Positions 7,815 to 16,921 of a DNA stretch of 18,916 bases are shown here, in pieces (position 1 is the first letter of the stretch; every line of letters begins with the position of its first letter). A program made the position numbers and the translations under genes. Location: positions 1-18,916 of the forward strand of contig JBDRIM010000075.1 in assembly GCA_043816005.1 (NCBI GenBank). The letters run 5' to 3'. The notes under the pieces are model-generated. The model saw only the letters and a list, made by a program, of their open reading frames with translations, ran no database searches and was not told where the DNA came from. The stretch comes from Candidatus Micrarchaeota archaeon. Lineage in GTDB: Archaea; Micrarchaeota; Micrarchaeia; Anstonellales; Bilamarchaeaceae.

Positions 7815-10145
7815 ATGAACGGTAATGGTGCACCAAAAAAACTACTTAAAGTACTATTTGTTTCTATAGATGCGCTCATAGGAGACATGGCATGGACAAT
7901 AAAAAAAGAAGGACATGAGGCAAAATATTACATTCAGGATAAAGATCAAAAAGATGTTTGTGATGGTTTGGTTGATAAAGTAGATAATTGGAAAGAACAC
8001 GTTGACTGGGCAGATCTAGTTGTTTTTGATGATTTTGGATTTGGAGAAGACGCAGAAAAATTACGAAAAGCAGGTAAGGCAGTTGTTGGTGGAAGTATTT
8101 ACACTGACAAACTTGAAATGGATAGAGAATTTGGCCAGGTTGAGATGAAGTCTGTTGGAATTTCAATTATTCCGCAATGGAACTTTGATAATTTTGATAG
8201 TGCGGTTGAATTTATTATTAAAAATCCAGATAGATATGTTCTCAAACCAAGTGGCCTTGCACAAAACGAAAAAGAACTTTTGTTTGTAGGGCAAGAAGAA
8301 GATGGTAAGGATATAGTTGAGATGCTTGAAAGATACAAAAAAAATTGGAGCAAACAGATCAAACAATTCCAGATTCAGAAATACATATCTGGTGTGGAAG
8401 TTGCAGTTGGTGCATTTTTTAACGGTGAAGATTTTATCTATCCGATTAATGTAAACTTTGAACATAAGAGAATGTTTCCAGGCGATATTGGACCAAGTAC
8501 TGGAGAAATGGGCTGTTATGACGAGGAAACCGAGGTATTAACTAAACGAGGATGGATTTATTTTAAAGATTTGGTTCAACAAGATGAGATTGCAACATAC
8601 AATCCAGTAAATAGTAAAATAGAATATCAACGTCCTACTGCAATTGTAAAATATGACCACCACAAGAAAATGCTAAAAATAAAAAACAGGTCGATAGACC
8701 TACTTGTCACTTTGGATCATAATATGTTCGGAATAGAAAGCAATAATTATCGAAAAAATTGGGATGGACAATTCTCTTTTGTAAAAGCAAGAGATTTGCC
8801 TGTGGGTTTTGTAGCTCCAAGAACTGGAGAATGGGTAGGAACGGAAAAAGAATATATGGAACTGCCAGGCGTAAGTCTTACGGCAGGAAAGGGCACTTGG
8901 GAGGCCCCACCAGTTACGATAAAGATGGATGACTGGCTTGAATTCTTTAGTATATGGCTTGCAGATGGCTGCACTTCAAAAGATAATTATTCTGTATCTA
9001 TTGCACAAGTAAATCCAAAAAAAATAGATAGGATAGATGCTATTATTAAAAAAATACCTTTTAATTTCAAAAGAAAAAACAATGAATGGAAATGTTATTC
9101 CAAACAATTATGGTCGTATCTAAGACCGATTGGAGATGCCTTGACAAAATATATCCCCACTGAAATCAAGAATTTGAGTGCACGCCAATTATCTATCATA
9201 TTTGAAAATATGATGCTAGGTGATGGAGGAGTTTATAATAAAACAAAAATATATTACACTTCTTCCAAAAAACTGGCAGATGATGTACAGGAAATCCTAC
9301 TAAAAATGAAGAAGGTAGGAATTGTGAAAAGCAGGCTAAGGACAACTAGGGGGATTGGAACTAGGGCATTCAAAAAAATAAATAGAAGCTACGAAATCAT
9401 GATTAGGGAAAAAAAAGTAGTGGCATGGTTAGATAAAAGGGACACAAAAGTAGTTGATTATAGCGGATATGTATATTGTGCAGAAGTCCCTAACCATACT
9501 ATGTATGTTCGAAGAAATGGATTACCAGTATTTTGTGGTAATACAAGTATGTTTTTTACAAACAGAAGCCCAATTTTTGAGTCAACTCTTCTAAAAATGA
9601 AGGATAAACTTGCAGCTTCTGGCTATGTTGGATATATTGACATAAATTGTATAGTTAATTCACGTGGCATTTATCCACTTGAATTCACAAGTAGATTTGG
9701 CTATCCGCATATCAGTATTGCAATGGATGGAGTGTTAAGTGAATGGGGATATTTCCTCTATGGAATTGCAAATAAAGAAAAACCAGATTTGAGAACAAAA
9801 CGTGCATTCCAAGTTGGAGTAGTAATTGCAGTCCCACCATTCCCATACAATGATCCAGAAGCATTCAAAAGATATTCACAAGATGCTTCGATAATTTTCA
9901 AAAAATCAAATCTTGATGGGATACATCCTGGCGATGTTAAATTTGTTGATAATGATTGGAGACTTGCTGGGAACAGCGGTTATGTACTAATAGTTACTGC
10001 TTCTGGAACAACAATGGAAGAAACGAGAAGAACAGTGTATAACAGAATAAAAAACATAATAATCCCAAACATGTTCTATCGAACTGATATTGGGGCAAGA
10101 TGGAGTGAGGATAGTGACAGATTAACAATGTGGGGATATTTGTAA
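7815..10145 (+). CDS. purD: Phosphoribosylamine--glycine ligase-like ATP-grasp protein (PurD-like), intein-containing
   Basis: LEMDREFG, YVLKPSG, GVEVAVG, EHKRMFPGDIGPSTGEMG, YVGYIDIN, LEFTSRFGYP, V.PPFP and YRTDIG match GARS motifs. Removing the intein leaves 433 aa, a typical PurD size. It lacks the canonical N-terminal GSGGREHA. Confidence 0.8.
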   Translation: MNGNGAPKKLLKVLFVSIDALIGDMAWTIKKEGHEAKYYIQDKDQKDVCDGLVDKVDNWKEHVDWADLVVFDDFGFGEDAEKLRKAGKAVVGGSIYTDKLEMDREFGQVEMKSVGISIIPQWNFDNFDSAVEFIIKNPDRYVLKPSGLAQNEKELLFVGQEEDGKDIVEMLERYKKNWSKQIKQFQIQKYISGVEVAVGAFFNGEDFIYPINVNFEHKRMFPGDIGPSTGEMGCYDEETEVLTKRGWIYFKDLVQQDEIATYNPVNSKIEYQRPTAIVKYDHHKKMLKIKNRSIDLLVTLDHNMFGIESNNYRKNWDGQFSFVKARDLPVGFVAPRTGEWVGTEKEYMELPGVSLTAGKGTWEAPPVTIKMDDWLEFFSIWLADGCTSKDNYSVSIAQVNPKKIDRIDAIIKKIPFNFKRKNNEWKCYSKQLWSYLRPIGDALTKYIPTEIKNLSARQLSIIFENMMLGDGGVYNKTKIYYTSSKKLADDVQEILLKMKKVGIVKSRLRTTRGIGTRAFKKINRSYEIMIREKKVVAWLDKRDTKVVDYSGYVYCAEVPNHTMYVRRNGLPVFCGNTSMFFTNRSPIFESTLLKMKDKLAASGYVGYIDINCIVNSRGIYPLEFTSRFGYPHISIAMDGVLSEWGYFLYGIANKEKPDLRTKRAFQVGVVIAVPPFPYNDPEAFKRYSQDASIIFKKSNLDGIHPGDVKFVDNDWRLAGNSGYVLIVTASGTTMEETRRTVYNRIKNIIIPNMFYRTDIGARWSEDSDRLTMWGYL
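8514..9542 (+). mobile_element. Intein (343 aa, residues 234-576) with LAGLIDADG homing endonuclease
   Basis: Block A CYDEETEVLTKRGW; block B LLVTLDH (TxxH); LAGLIDADG-like FFSIWLADG and FENMMLGDG; block H YYTSSKKLADDVQEILL; block F VYCAEVPNHTMYV; block G VFCGN followed by Thr(+1). Confidence 0.93.
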
Positions 10146-10147
10146 TT

Positions 10148-11278
10148 TTACTGCCGCCTTATTGAACTATATATTACTAACATTAGGGGTATAAAGAACA
10201 CTGGACAACTACTGCCAGAATCTGGTGGAGTCTGCACACACTGACCATAACCATCGCAAATATATCCTGCGCAACAATCATCGTCATAAGTGCAATAGCC
10301 ATCACAATTATAGGTAATATTTGAATTATTATTGTCAGGATTATTTGAATTATTATTAGATGGTGGGTTTGTTGGTGGAAGATAAGTCAGTTTAATATCC
10401 CAGGAAATTTCCCATGATGGTTGATCTTCAGAAGGTGAAAGTACTTGATCAGGGTTAACTTCAACAGGTGCAACCAGATCAAAAGCGCCACTATTATCAT
10501 ATGGTTTGAAACCAAGTGAATAGTAATTTCCCGAACCAGTTAGATGAACAGGATTTGTTTCGGTAGTATCACCAACAACAGGAATTTGATATTTGAAAAA
10601 TGTTATTTTACTAACAGTTGAAAATGGAATTGAACCGCAATCACCAACAGCAGATGGTGCTGAACGCACTGGGATCAAAAAGTTGCCGTCATAAAACCAA
10701 GGTAAAAATTCGTAAAAATTATTTGGATGTTCATAATTTGATTTTCTTAACTCAAGATCTAATAGTGGATGTTTATCGCTTTCATATCGTTCTATAGCCT
10801 GCCAGTTTCCAGAATCAAAATCAACAAGTGCCTGCGCATCATAATCATCATAATAATATTTCAATTCATCTAATGGTTGTTCTCCAGAACTGTAAAAATG
10901 CTGTGATCCTGTGCAAACTTTGTCGGGTTTATTAGAATATGAAGTAATTGCAGTATCTGAATAGGTATTATCAATATACCATCGTACAGTTGCATTTTTC
11001 AATCTAAATTTACCAAGAGTATAATCGGTATTGTAAGTAGAAATTTGAAACGGTACAAATTTTCCAATTATTTCTATATAACCAGAATAGGCCCATTGTT
11101 TTGTATTAGATTTGGCACCAAGTGGACTTGGATTGGATTCTATATCTGTAAGTGTTCTACTAAAACGTATGACGCTGTATCCATCTGGAATTTGATTTGC
11201 TGGAGTCCAATCAAAGGCAAAAGCAACAGAGAAAAAAAGTAAAATACAGAAAATTGTTTTGATAGATGATGATACCAT
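10148..11278 (-). CDS. Secreted / cell-surface hypothetical protein with Cys-rich module and C-terminal membrane anchor
   Basis: Signal peptide (IFCILLFFSVAFA), Pro/Asn linker, CDGYCTYDDDCCAGYICDGYGQC module, and C-terminal SGSSC + hydrophobic stretch + RRQ. Confidence 0.8.
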   Translation of the reverse strand: MVSSSIKTIFCILLFFSVAFAFDWTPANQIPDGYSVIRFSRTLTDIESNPSPLGAKSNTKQWAYSGYIEIIGKFVPFQISTYNTDYTLGKFRLKNATVRWYIDNTYSDTAITSYSNKPDKVCTGSQHFYSSGEQPLDELKYYYDDYDAQALVDFDSGNWQAIERYESDKHPLLDLELRKSNYEHPNNFYEFLPWFYDGNFLIPVRSAPSAVGDCGSIPFSTVSKITFFKYQIPVVGDTTETNPVHLTGSGNYYSLGFKPYDNSGAFDLVAPVEVNPDQVLSPSEDQPSWEISWDIKLTYLPPTNPPSNNNSNNPDNNNSNITYNCDGYCTYDDDCCAGYICDGYGQCVQTPPDSGSSCPVFFIPLMLVIYSSIRRQ

Positions 11279-11377
11279 GAGTAGTGATTAACAACATAGA
11301 ATAAAAAAGCTTACTTTTGTTGGGGGAATTTAAAGAAAAACGTTAGTGGAACATTTATAACAATTGTAGTGGTAGGG

Positions 11378-12790
11378 ATGGATATGAATATTTTTCGTAC
11401 AATTTGGTTAATATTGGCAATTTGTGCTATTTCTTTTTCAGCTATCGACCTGATGAGCATACAAGCCAATGTATATGAGAACGGATTGCCTCTTGATTCT
11501 GGCAATGTTTCTGTGTACATTTATGATGCAGCAAGTGGTGGAAATCTCATATGGAATCAGACGTACAATAACATAATAGTCAACGGTACTTATGATATTC
11601 AACTTGGTTCAAATAACTCGAATAATATGACGTTAAATTATGGACAATTTTACTATCTTGAACTAACAATAAATGGTGTTGATCAGAATTTCAGTGGAAA
11701 TGACAGACAGATGTTTCAATCTGCTGTTGGTAACGTAAATTCATCAAAAATAGCTTCTGGGGCAATTAACACAACACATATTTCAGATGGGAATGTAACT
11801 ACAGATAAATTAGGAAGTGGATCAGTTACTGCGGATAAAATAGCTTCTGGTGTTGTAAACTCTACTCATCTGGTGAATAATTTGTCACTTGGATGGGGAA
11901 ATCTAACAAGTTTCCCATCAGCATGCGGTGCAAATCAATTCTTTAGTGCATTGGGAATTAGTCCTATATGTAATACTTTTACAGAATCAGATCCGTACTG
12001 GACAGCAAATTACACATTGTTCAATGATAGTTGGTCTTCGACATATAACTCGACGTATGCAGCTAAAGCAGGAACAGGTACTTGTCCAGCAGGAGAAGTA
12101 GTTCAAAATACCACATTAGGGGGGGTACAATGTGTGTCTTCATCTGGTGCACCTAATGTTTCTCAGGCAACTGGGAACTTATCAGTGCAGAATGGAGGAA
12201 CTGGAAATATATTTATGACATTAGTAGGTGGAGAGATACTTTATGCAAGCAGTGGAAGTGTATTTTCAGCTCTGTCAGCATCCGGACAGAACGGAAAGGT
12301 ATTGACTGTAAATGGTGGATATCCATCATGGCAAACTGTTACTACAAATGTTTCAAATGTTACAGGAATTCTGAATATTAGTCAGGGTGGAACTGGTTCT
12401 AATTTATACGGTATGTCTAATAGGGATTTGATATACGCAAATAGTTCTACTTCATTAGGAACTATTACAACATCTGGAAATAATGGAAAAGTTTTAGTTG
12501 TCTCGAGTGGAACTCCAACATGGGCAAACATAACAAATGGTGGGGTTGATACTAATTTGTGGGATTCTAACGGATTGAGAACAAATAATCTGTCTGGTAC
12601 TGATTATAATTCCTCTAATGGGTATATGATATTCGGAGAACATGGAGGTGGGTCTGGGTGTAATACGATATGTCAGGCACATGGATTGACGTGCGCGTAT
12701 GCACACAACATAACAAGCACCAGTAATATTGGTTGTAGTAGTGGTGGTGGGATTGGATCGATGATAAAATACTGTTGGTGTGGAAATTGA
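11378..12790 (+). CDS. Secreted tail-fibre-like / adhesin-like repeat protein
   Basis: Signal peptide, YDAASGG..IW.....NG....QLG...YLEL N-domain, five 10-aa repeats, two 64-aa L.V..GGTG repeats and a Cys-rich C-terminus. Start may be 11369, 11378 or 11384. Confidence 0.78.
   Translation: MDMNIFRTIWLILAICAISFSAIDLMSIQANVYENGLPLDSGNVSVYIYDAASGGNLIWNQTYNNIIVNGTYDIQLGSNNSNNMTLNYGQFYYLELTINGVDQNFSGNDRQMFQSAVGNVNSSKIASGAINTTHISDGNVTTDKLGSGSVTADKIASGVVNSTHLVNNLSLGWGNLTSFPSACGANQFFSALGISPICNTFTESDPYWTANYTLFNDSWSSTYNSTYAAKAGTGTCPAGEVVQNTTLGGVQCVSSSGAPNVSQATGNLSVQNGGTGNIFMTLVGGEILYASSGSVFSALSASGQNGKVLTVNGGYPSWQTVTTNVSNVTGILNISQGGTGSNLYGMSNRDLIYANSSTSLGTITTSGNNGKVLVVSSGTPTWANITNGGVDTNLWDSNGLRTNNLSGTDYNSSNGYMIFGEHGGGSGCNTICQAHGLTCAYAHNITSTSNIGCSSGGGIGSMIKYCWCGN
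11729..11878 (+). repeat. Five degenerate 30-nt (10-aa) tandem repeats: GNVNSSKIAS/GAINTTHISD/GNVTTDKLGS/GSVTADKIAS/GVVNSTHLVN
   Basis: Visible in the protein and in the DNA (aaaatagcttctgg recurs 90 nt apart). Confidence 0.85.
12155..12538 (+). repeat. Two 64-aa (192-nt) tandem repeats
   Basis: NVSQATGNLSVQNGGTG...ILYA...NGKVLTVNGGYPSW aligns without gaps to NVSNVTGILNISQGGTG...LIYA...NGKVLVVSSGTPTW. Confidence 0.85.
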
Positions 12791-13938
12791 AATTTTACAT
12801 ATTTTTTCTAATTTTACTTGGTTCGCTATTTGCATTTTCCTCAACAGGCGGCAGTTATTCTCAGGATATAAAAGTAGATAATTTGGCAATGAATGCATCT
12901 GGTGGAGATTACACTCAAAGAATATCTTTTGGAATTGAATTAGTTGGTACTTCAGATATAAATGAAACTCGATTTGGTATTCTTGATTTTGTAAATCATC
13001 CGCCAAATGTTACTGTACTTGTTTCTCCGCTTAACGCCACTATTTCGTCTTCAAAAACAGTAACTTTTAGTTTTAATGTAACAGATGACTTTTCATTGAA
13101 TAACTGCAGTTTATGGACAGATGAAAGTGGAACATTTAATCAGACTCAGAATAATGAAAGTGAGATGTCCATTAGTGAAACTAATAACATAACTTACACA
13201 TTCACCTCAGACGGCACATATCTTTGGAACATAAAATGCTTTGACAGCAGATTAGATGTTCAGCAAGTTTACAGTGATGTTTATGATTCAAATTATACTA
13301 TAACAATAGCGTCATCTGATGACTCGCCAGAAACTTCTTCAGATCAAGATTCATCAAGTTCGATAAAACCATTGAAAATAATAGCTACAAAAAACTGTCC
13401 TGAAAACTTACTAACAACAAACGCACAATCAAGTGGAGATGGAGTTTATGGTGTTAACATCAAACTTATATTCTCTGATAATACTTTTGAACTTAAACAG
13501 GAGAAAACAACTGACGAAGATGGCACAGTAGTTTTCAATTTAACAGATGAAATAGACGGAAAGTACTACATTGAAGCTACAAGAACAGGATACTTAAAAT
13601 CTGAAAATTATTTTGAATTCTATCACTGTGGAGTTAACCAAACAAATCAAACGATATTGATAAATCAAACCGAACCTGTTGGTGGAGACGGGAATGTAAT
13701 AGTAGATGATGATATAATTATAGAACCAACTTCACCTGAACCAAGTATTACCCCGACTGAACCAACCAATCCACCATCTCAACCCCCACCCCAAAATGAT
13801 AGCAATTCTAATGACAACAAGCCACCAGAACCAATAGTAAAACCTGTTCAGGAAACGGGAATTGAGGTAGTATTTGGAATATTTATTTTATTGATTGCCA
13901 TTGCCAGTATTTATTATTTTTTCATCCATAAAAAATAA
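12787..13938 (+). CDS. Cell-surface protein with beta-sandwich (Ig/transthyretin-like) domains, Pro-rich stalk and C-terminal TM anchor
   Basis: Probable TTG start at 12787 overlapping the upstream TGA, with GGTG SD (ORF track starts at 12775). Signal peptide MKFYIFFLILLGSLFA; NHPP.V.LVSP.N...DGTYLWNIKCFD and TDEDG...F...G.Y.IEA...GY patterns; PTSPEP stalk; TM followed by HKK. Confidence 0.8.
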   Translation: MKFYIFFLILLGSLFAFSSTGGSYSQDIKVDNLAMNASGGDYTQRISFGIELVGTSDINETRFGILDFVNHPPNVTVLVSPLNATISSSKTVTFSFNVTDDFSLNNCSLWTDESGTFNQTQNNESEMSISETNNITYTFTSDGTYLWNIKCFDSRLDVQQVYSDVYDSNYTITIASSDDSPETSSDQDSSSSIKPLKIIATKNCPENLLTTNAQSSGDGVYGVNIKLIFSDNTFELKQEKTTDEDGTVVFNLTDEIDGKYYIEATRTGYLKSENYFEFYHCGVNQTNQTILINQTEPVGGDGNVIVDDDIIIEPTSPEPSITPTEPTNPPSQPPPQNDSNSNDNKPPEPIVKPVQETGIEVVFGIFILLIAIASIYYFFIHKK

Positions 13939-13977
13939 GCGAAAAATATATAATGTAGTTCAGTTTGAAGGGAGAAT

Positions 13978-14394
13978 ATGGTAAAGAATAGGACTCTTGA
14001 GGCACCGAAGTTTGTAAAAGACATCAAAAGATACAAGCTAATTACTGTTTTTTTGGTTATTTCACTGGTTTTTTTCTTTACAGGTTTGTTTGTTGAACCA
14101 GGAACTGCAATCGTAAAAGTTGCTGCATTAGGATTGATAGTTTTTGGCGGTGTTTCCATCTACCTAACTTGGGCACAGCCAAGTTTTATGTCTGAAGAGA
14201 CAACCATGTATAATGTTGCAGTTGCAACCTCACATTCTTTTTGTTCACTGGCATTTATTCTCGCAATAGTATTTGTGATAGACATGTTTGTATATCACAT
14301 AACAGACATGCTTTTTGCTTTATTTGGCTCAATATTTTTGAGTATTATGGCTGGCGGACTTTATTTGGCATTTAAACTGAAAGCTTATGTGTAA
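13978..14394 (+). CDS. Hypothetical membrane protein (about 4 TM)
   Basis: Four hydrophobic segments; GGGAG SD upstream of the ATG. Confidence 0.72.
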   Translation: MVKNRTLEAPKFVKDIKRYKLITVFLVISLVFFFTGLFVEPGTAIVKVAALGLIVFGGVSIYLTWAQPSFMSEETTMYNVAVATSHSFCSLAFILAIVFVIDMFVYHITDMLFALFGSIFLSIMAGGLYLAFKLKAYV

Positions 14395-14989
14395 TTTTTA
14401 AAGAAGTTAACCACCCTCCTAATCCTGCCACCCAAATTAAAATAGGATAGAAAGACAATCGTTCCATCCCACCAATTCCTAAACCAAAAGTGTTGTCAGT
14501 AATAAGAAGAACCAATGCCAACAAAGAAAAAACACCTAAAAATGCTGAAATGTAACCAAAGAATCGATCTTTTAGACGGTAGGTCAATATCATTGACACT
14601 CCACCAAAGACCAAACCGATTAATGCTGCAATAAGATGAGGAAGAGCAAAATCACCAGGGAAAATCCCAACACCAACAAAACCTAAGCCTGAAAGTAATA
14701 ACGAAACGTAAAATAGTTTATCTTTAGACAACAAATTGTAGGCACCAACAGCGACTAAAAAACCAGATAATAACGCTGAGAGATTGAATAATAACGCTGC
14801 CGGAGAACCAGTCATGCCTAAATCACTAATATAGTTATTCGCAGTACTATAACCTGGATAAAGTGCTTCAGCTATAACTATACATATTAGAAATTGTACA
14901 GCACTAATAAAGAAAAGAACACCTGATTTCGCCATAAAACAACCTGTTATTTCTTCTTTACTGGAATTCCCCTTAATTTTTTTGACCAT
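14372..14989 (-). CDS. DUF998 family membrane protein
   Basis: YPGYS...NYISDLG, FN, GVGIFP....H and GGMER...YP...W motifs. ATG at 14989 is 4 nt from a GGTGA SD. Confidence 0.88.
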   Translation of the reverse strand: MVKKIKGNSSKEEITGCFMAKSGVLFFISAVQFLICIVIAEALYPGYSTANNYISDLGMTGSPAALLFNLSALLSGFLVAVGAYNLLSKDKLFYVSLLLSGLGFVGVGIFPGDFALPHLIAALIGLVFGGVSMILTYRLKDRFFGYISAFLGVFSLLALVLLITDNTFGLGIGGMERLSFYPILIWVAGLGGWLTSLKITHKLSV

Positions 14990-15011
14990 CAAATCACCAA
15001 ATCTTTTTTGT

Positions 15012-16493
15012 TTAAATAACTTTCACATGTTTCATTACGGCATATACAAGGATAACACTTGCCCCAATTAACAGAACGTAGTAGAAATTATCTGTTTTTT
15101 CTTCAACTATTTTGTCGTCTGCTGATTCATTACTACCAATTATATTCGATGAGTTATTAGAATTAATATTTATTACAGTTGTGTTTTCATTTGATTGAAT
15201 TTCGGATAATATTTCCGGCTCTTCTGTTGGTTCAGGTACCACATCCACAGTTTCGTTTTCTATTAATTCGTCATTAGTTTGATATTGTTCTGAGCCACCG
15301 ATTGCATAAAAATTCTTATTCCAAGAAGCAAAATAGATTGTTCCATCAGGTCCTATAGCCGGACTGGTTGTACCACTTCCAAGAGAATTAATAAAATTCC
15401 ATTTTTCTGTTCCGTCAGGATTAAATGCATAAAACATTCCACTGTTTGAACCAAAGTAAATTGTACCATCTGAACTGATAACTGCAGAAGATGTTATCCC
15501 TTCAAATGCATCAGGAGTTTTAAATTTCCACTTTAAAGTTCCATCATTTGAGTCAAGAGCGTACATGTAAGTATCCCAAGAACCGACATAGATCGTACTT
15601 CCATCATGAGAAATTGCAGGTGAAGCACTTACACCATCTGTGGTACTGAATCTCCATTTTTCTGTTCCATCTGGATTGATTGCGTAAATATCTCCTTCTT
15701 TAGTTCCTGTATAAATTATTCCGTCAGAACCGATTGTGGATGGACCTTCAACCCATAATTTCACATCAAATTTCCATTTTACTGCTCCATTTTTAGTTAA
15801 TGCAACTATCTGGCCAGCATCTTCGATAGTTTTATCTAAAGAGATAACTCCGATTCCAATATAGATTGTATTTCCATCATTTGAAATGGACGGAGTTGTT
15901 GTAACCCCAGTTCCAAATTTAGTGTGCCATTTTTCAGTTCCATTTGGATTTATTGCATATAAGCCAGATTCAAAATTTGGATTGTGATCAGCTCTTGCTG
16001 AGCCAATGTAAATTGTTCCATCATCTCCAATAGTTGGTGAAGACCAAAAATCCGAAAGCCATTCAATATAAAACTTCCATTTCTCTGTTCCATCTGGATT
16101 AACTGCATATAGATAATTTGAAGCAGAATATGCATAGATTGTCCCGTCTTGTGTTATTGCTGGTGTTGCCATCATTACTTTTGAAACATTCCATCTTACA
16201 TCATAATTTGGAGTCCCAATGAAAAACTTCCATTTCTCTGTTCCGTCAGGATTGATTGCATATAGATAACCATCATGAGATCCAAAATAGATAGTTCCAT
16301 CTTCAGCAATGACTGGTGATGATTCTATTCCACTCCCTGTTTCAAAAACCCATTTTATAGTTCCGTCTATATGTGAAGTGTTATACTGACTTTGCCCTCC
16401 ATGCTGTGCACTTCCATGAAATTGTGGCCATGGATGAGTTGATTGTGCAAAAGTAATGCAGATCAAAATAAGAAAGATGAATAACTTTTTCAT
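15012..16493 (-). CDS. Cell-surface PQQ-like (BamB-type) beta-propeller repeat protein
   Basis: Signal peptide, WPQFHG...H.G.S leader, about 8 repeats of SSP.I..DGTIY.GS.D..LYAINPDGTEKW.F, an acidic/Asn linker and a C-terminal TM. Confidence 0.9.
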   Translation of the reverse strand: MKKLFIFLILICITFAQSTHPWPQFHGSAQHGGQSQYNTSHIDGTIKWVFETGSGIESSPVIAEDGTIYFGSHDGYLYAINPDGTEKWKFFIGTPNYDVRWNVSKVMMATPAITQDGTIYAYSASNYLYAVNPDGTEKWKFYIEWLSDFWSSPTIGDDGTIYIGSARADHNPNFESGLYAINPNGTEKWHTKFGTGVTTTPSISNDGNTIYIGIGVISLDKTIEDAGQIVALTKNGAVKWKFDVKLWVEGPSTIGSDGIIYTGTKEGDIYAINPDGTEKWRFSTTDGVSASPAISHDGSTIYVGSWDTYMYALDSNDGTLKWKFKTPDAFEGITSSAVISSDGTIYFGSNSGMFYAFNPDGTEKWNFINSLGSGTTSPAIGPDGTIYFASWNKNFYAIGGSEQYQTNDELIENETVDVVPEPTEEPEILSEIQSNENTTVININSNNSSNIIGSNESADDKIVEEKTDNFYYVLLIGASVILVYAVMKHVKVI

Positions 16494-16581
16494 GTTTTTA
16501 TAACAAAAGAAAATTATATAACAGGATTAGTTAATTTTGATGTATGGAAAAAGTTATTAAGATCGATGATGAGATAAAAAT

Positions 16582-16815
16582 ATGGGTAACTTGAGAAATA
16601 TTCTAATTGTTGGATTTGTTTTTTTAATTTTAATCGGTATCATAATACTTGCTCAGAATAATGACTCATCGAATGGTGATCATGGACCGTTGACAAACCA
16701 AACAAATGAAAGTAATGGTGATTTAGACTTGGATGGTGTAGCTAATTTAGATGATAATTGTCCGAACTATTATAATCCAGATCAGGAGAATGTAGATCCG
16801 GATCTTTGTTGGTAA
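16582..16815 (+). CDS. Small membrane-anchored protein with a thrombospondin type 3-like Ca-binding repeat
   Basis: N-terminal hydrophobic segment, then DLDLDGVANLDDNCPNYYNPDQENVD matching DxDxDG...DNCP...NxDQ. Confidence 0.7.
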   Translation: MGNLRNILIVGFVFLILIGIIILAQNNDSSNGDHGPLTNQTNESNGDLDLDGVANLDDNCPNYYNPDQENVDPDLCW

Positions 16816-16921
16816 TCTTAAACAATATTGCTGAATCTGCCAGGCCACTGAATTTATAGACAGAATTAGTTGCCTTTATAATGCTTATTTTAGAAACAAA
16901 AACAAACAACTGGTGTAAGTA

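Noticed and set aside
11318..11336. TTGTTGGGGGAATTTAAAG as a third degenerate att copy
   Set aside because: The similarity to the 17597-17617 region is short and gapped, consistent with chance in AT-rich DNA.
11378..12790. Provirus, suggested by the tail-fibre-like repeats
   Set aside because: The protein has a signal peptide, and there are no capsid, terminase, integrase or replication genes in the window.
15300..16360. Recurrent DNA repeat ccatttYtctgttccRtc as a CRISPR or non-coding array
   Set aside because: It encodes the DGTEKW blade motif of the beta-propeller; spacing is in frame and copies vary at synonymous positions.
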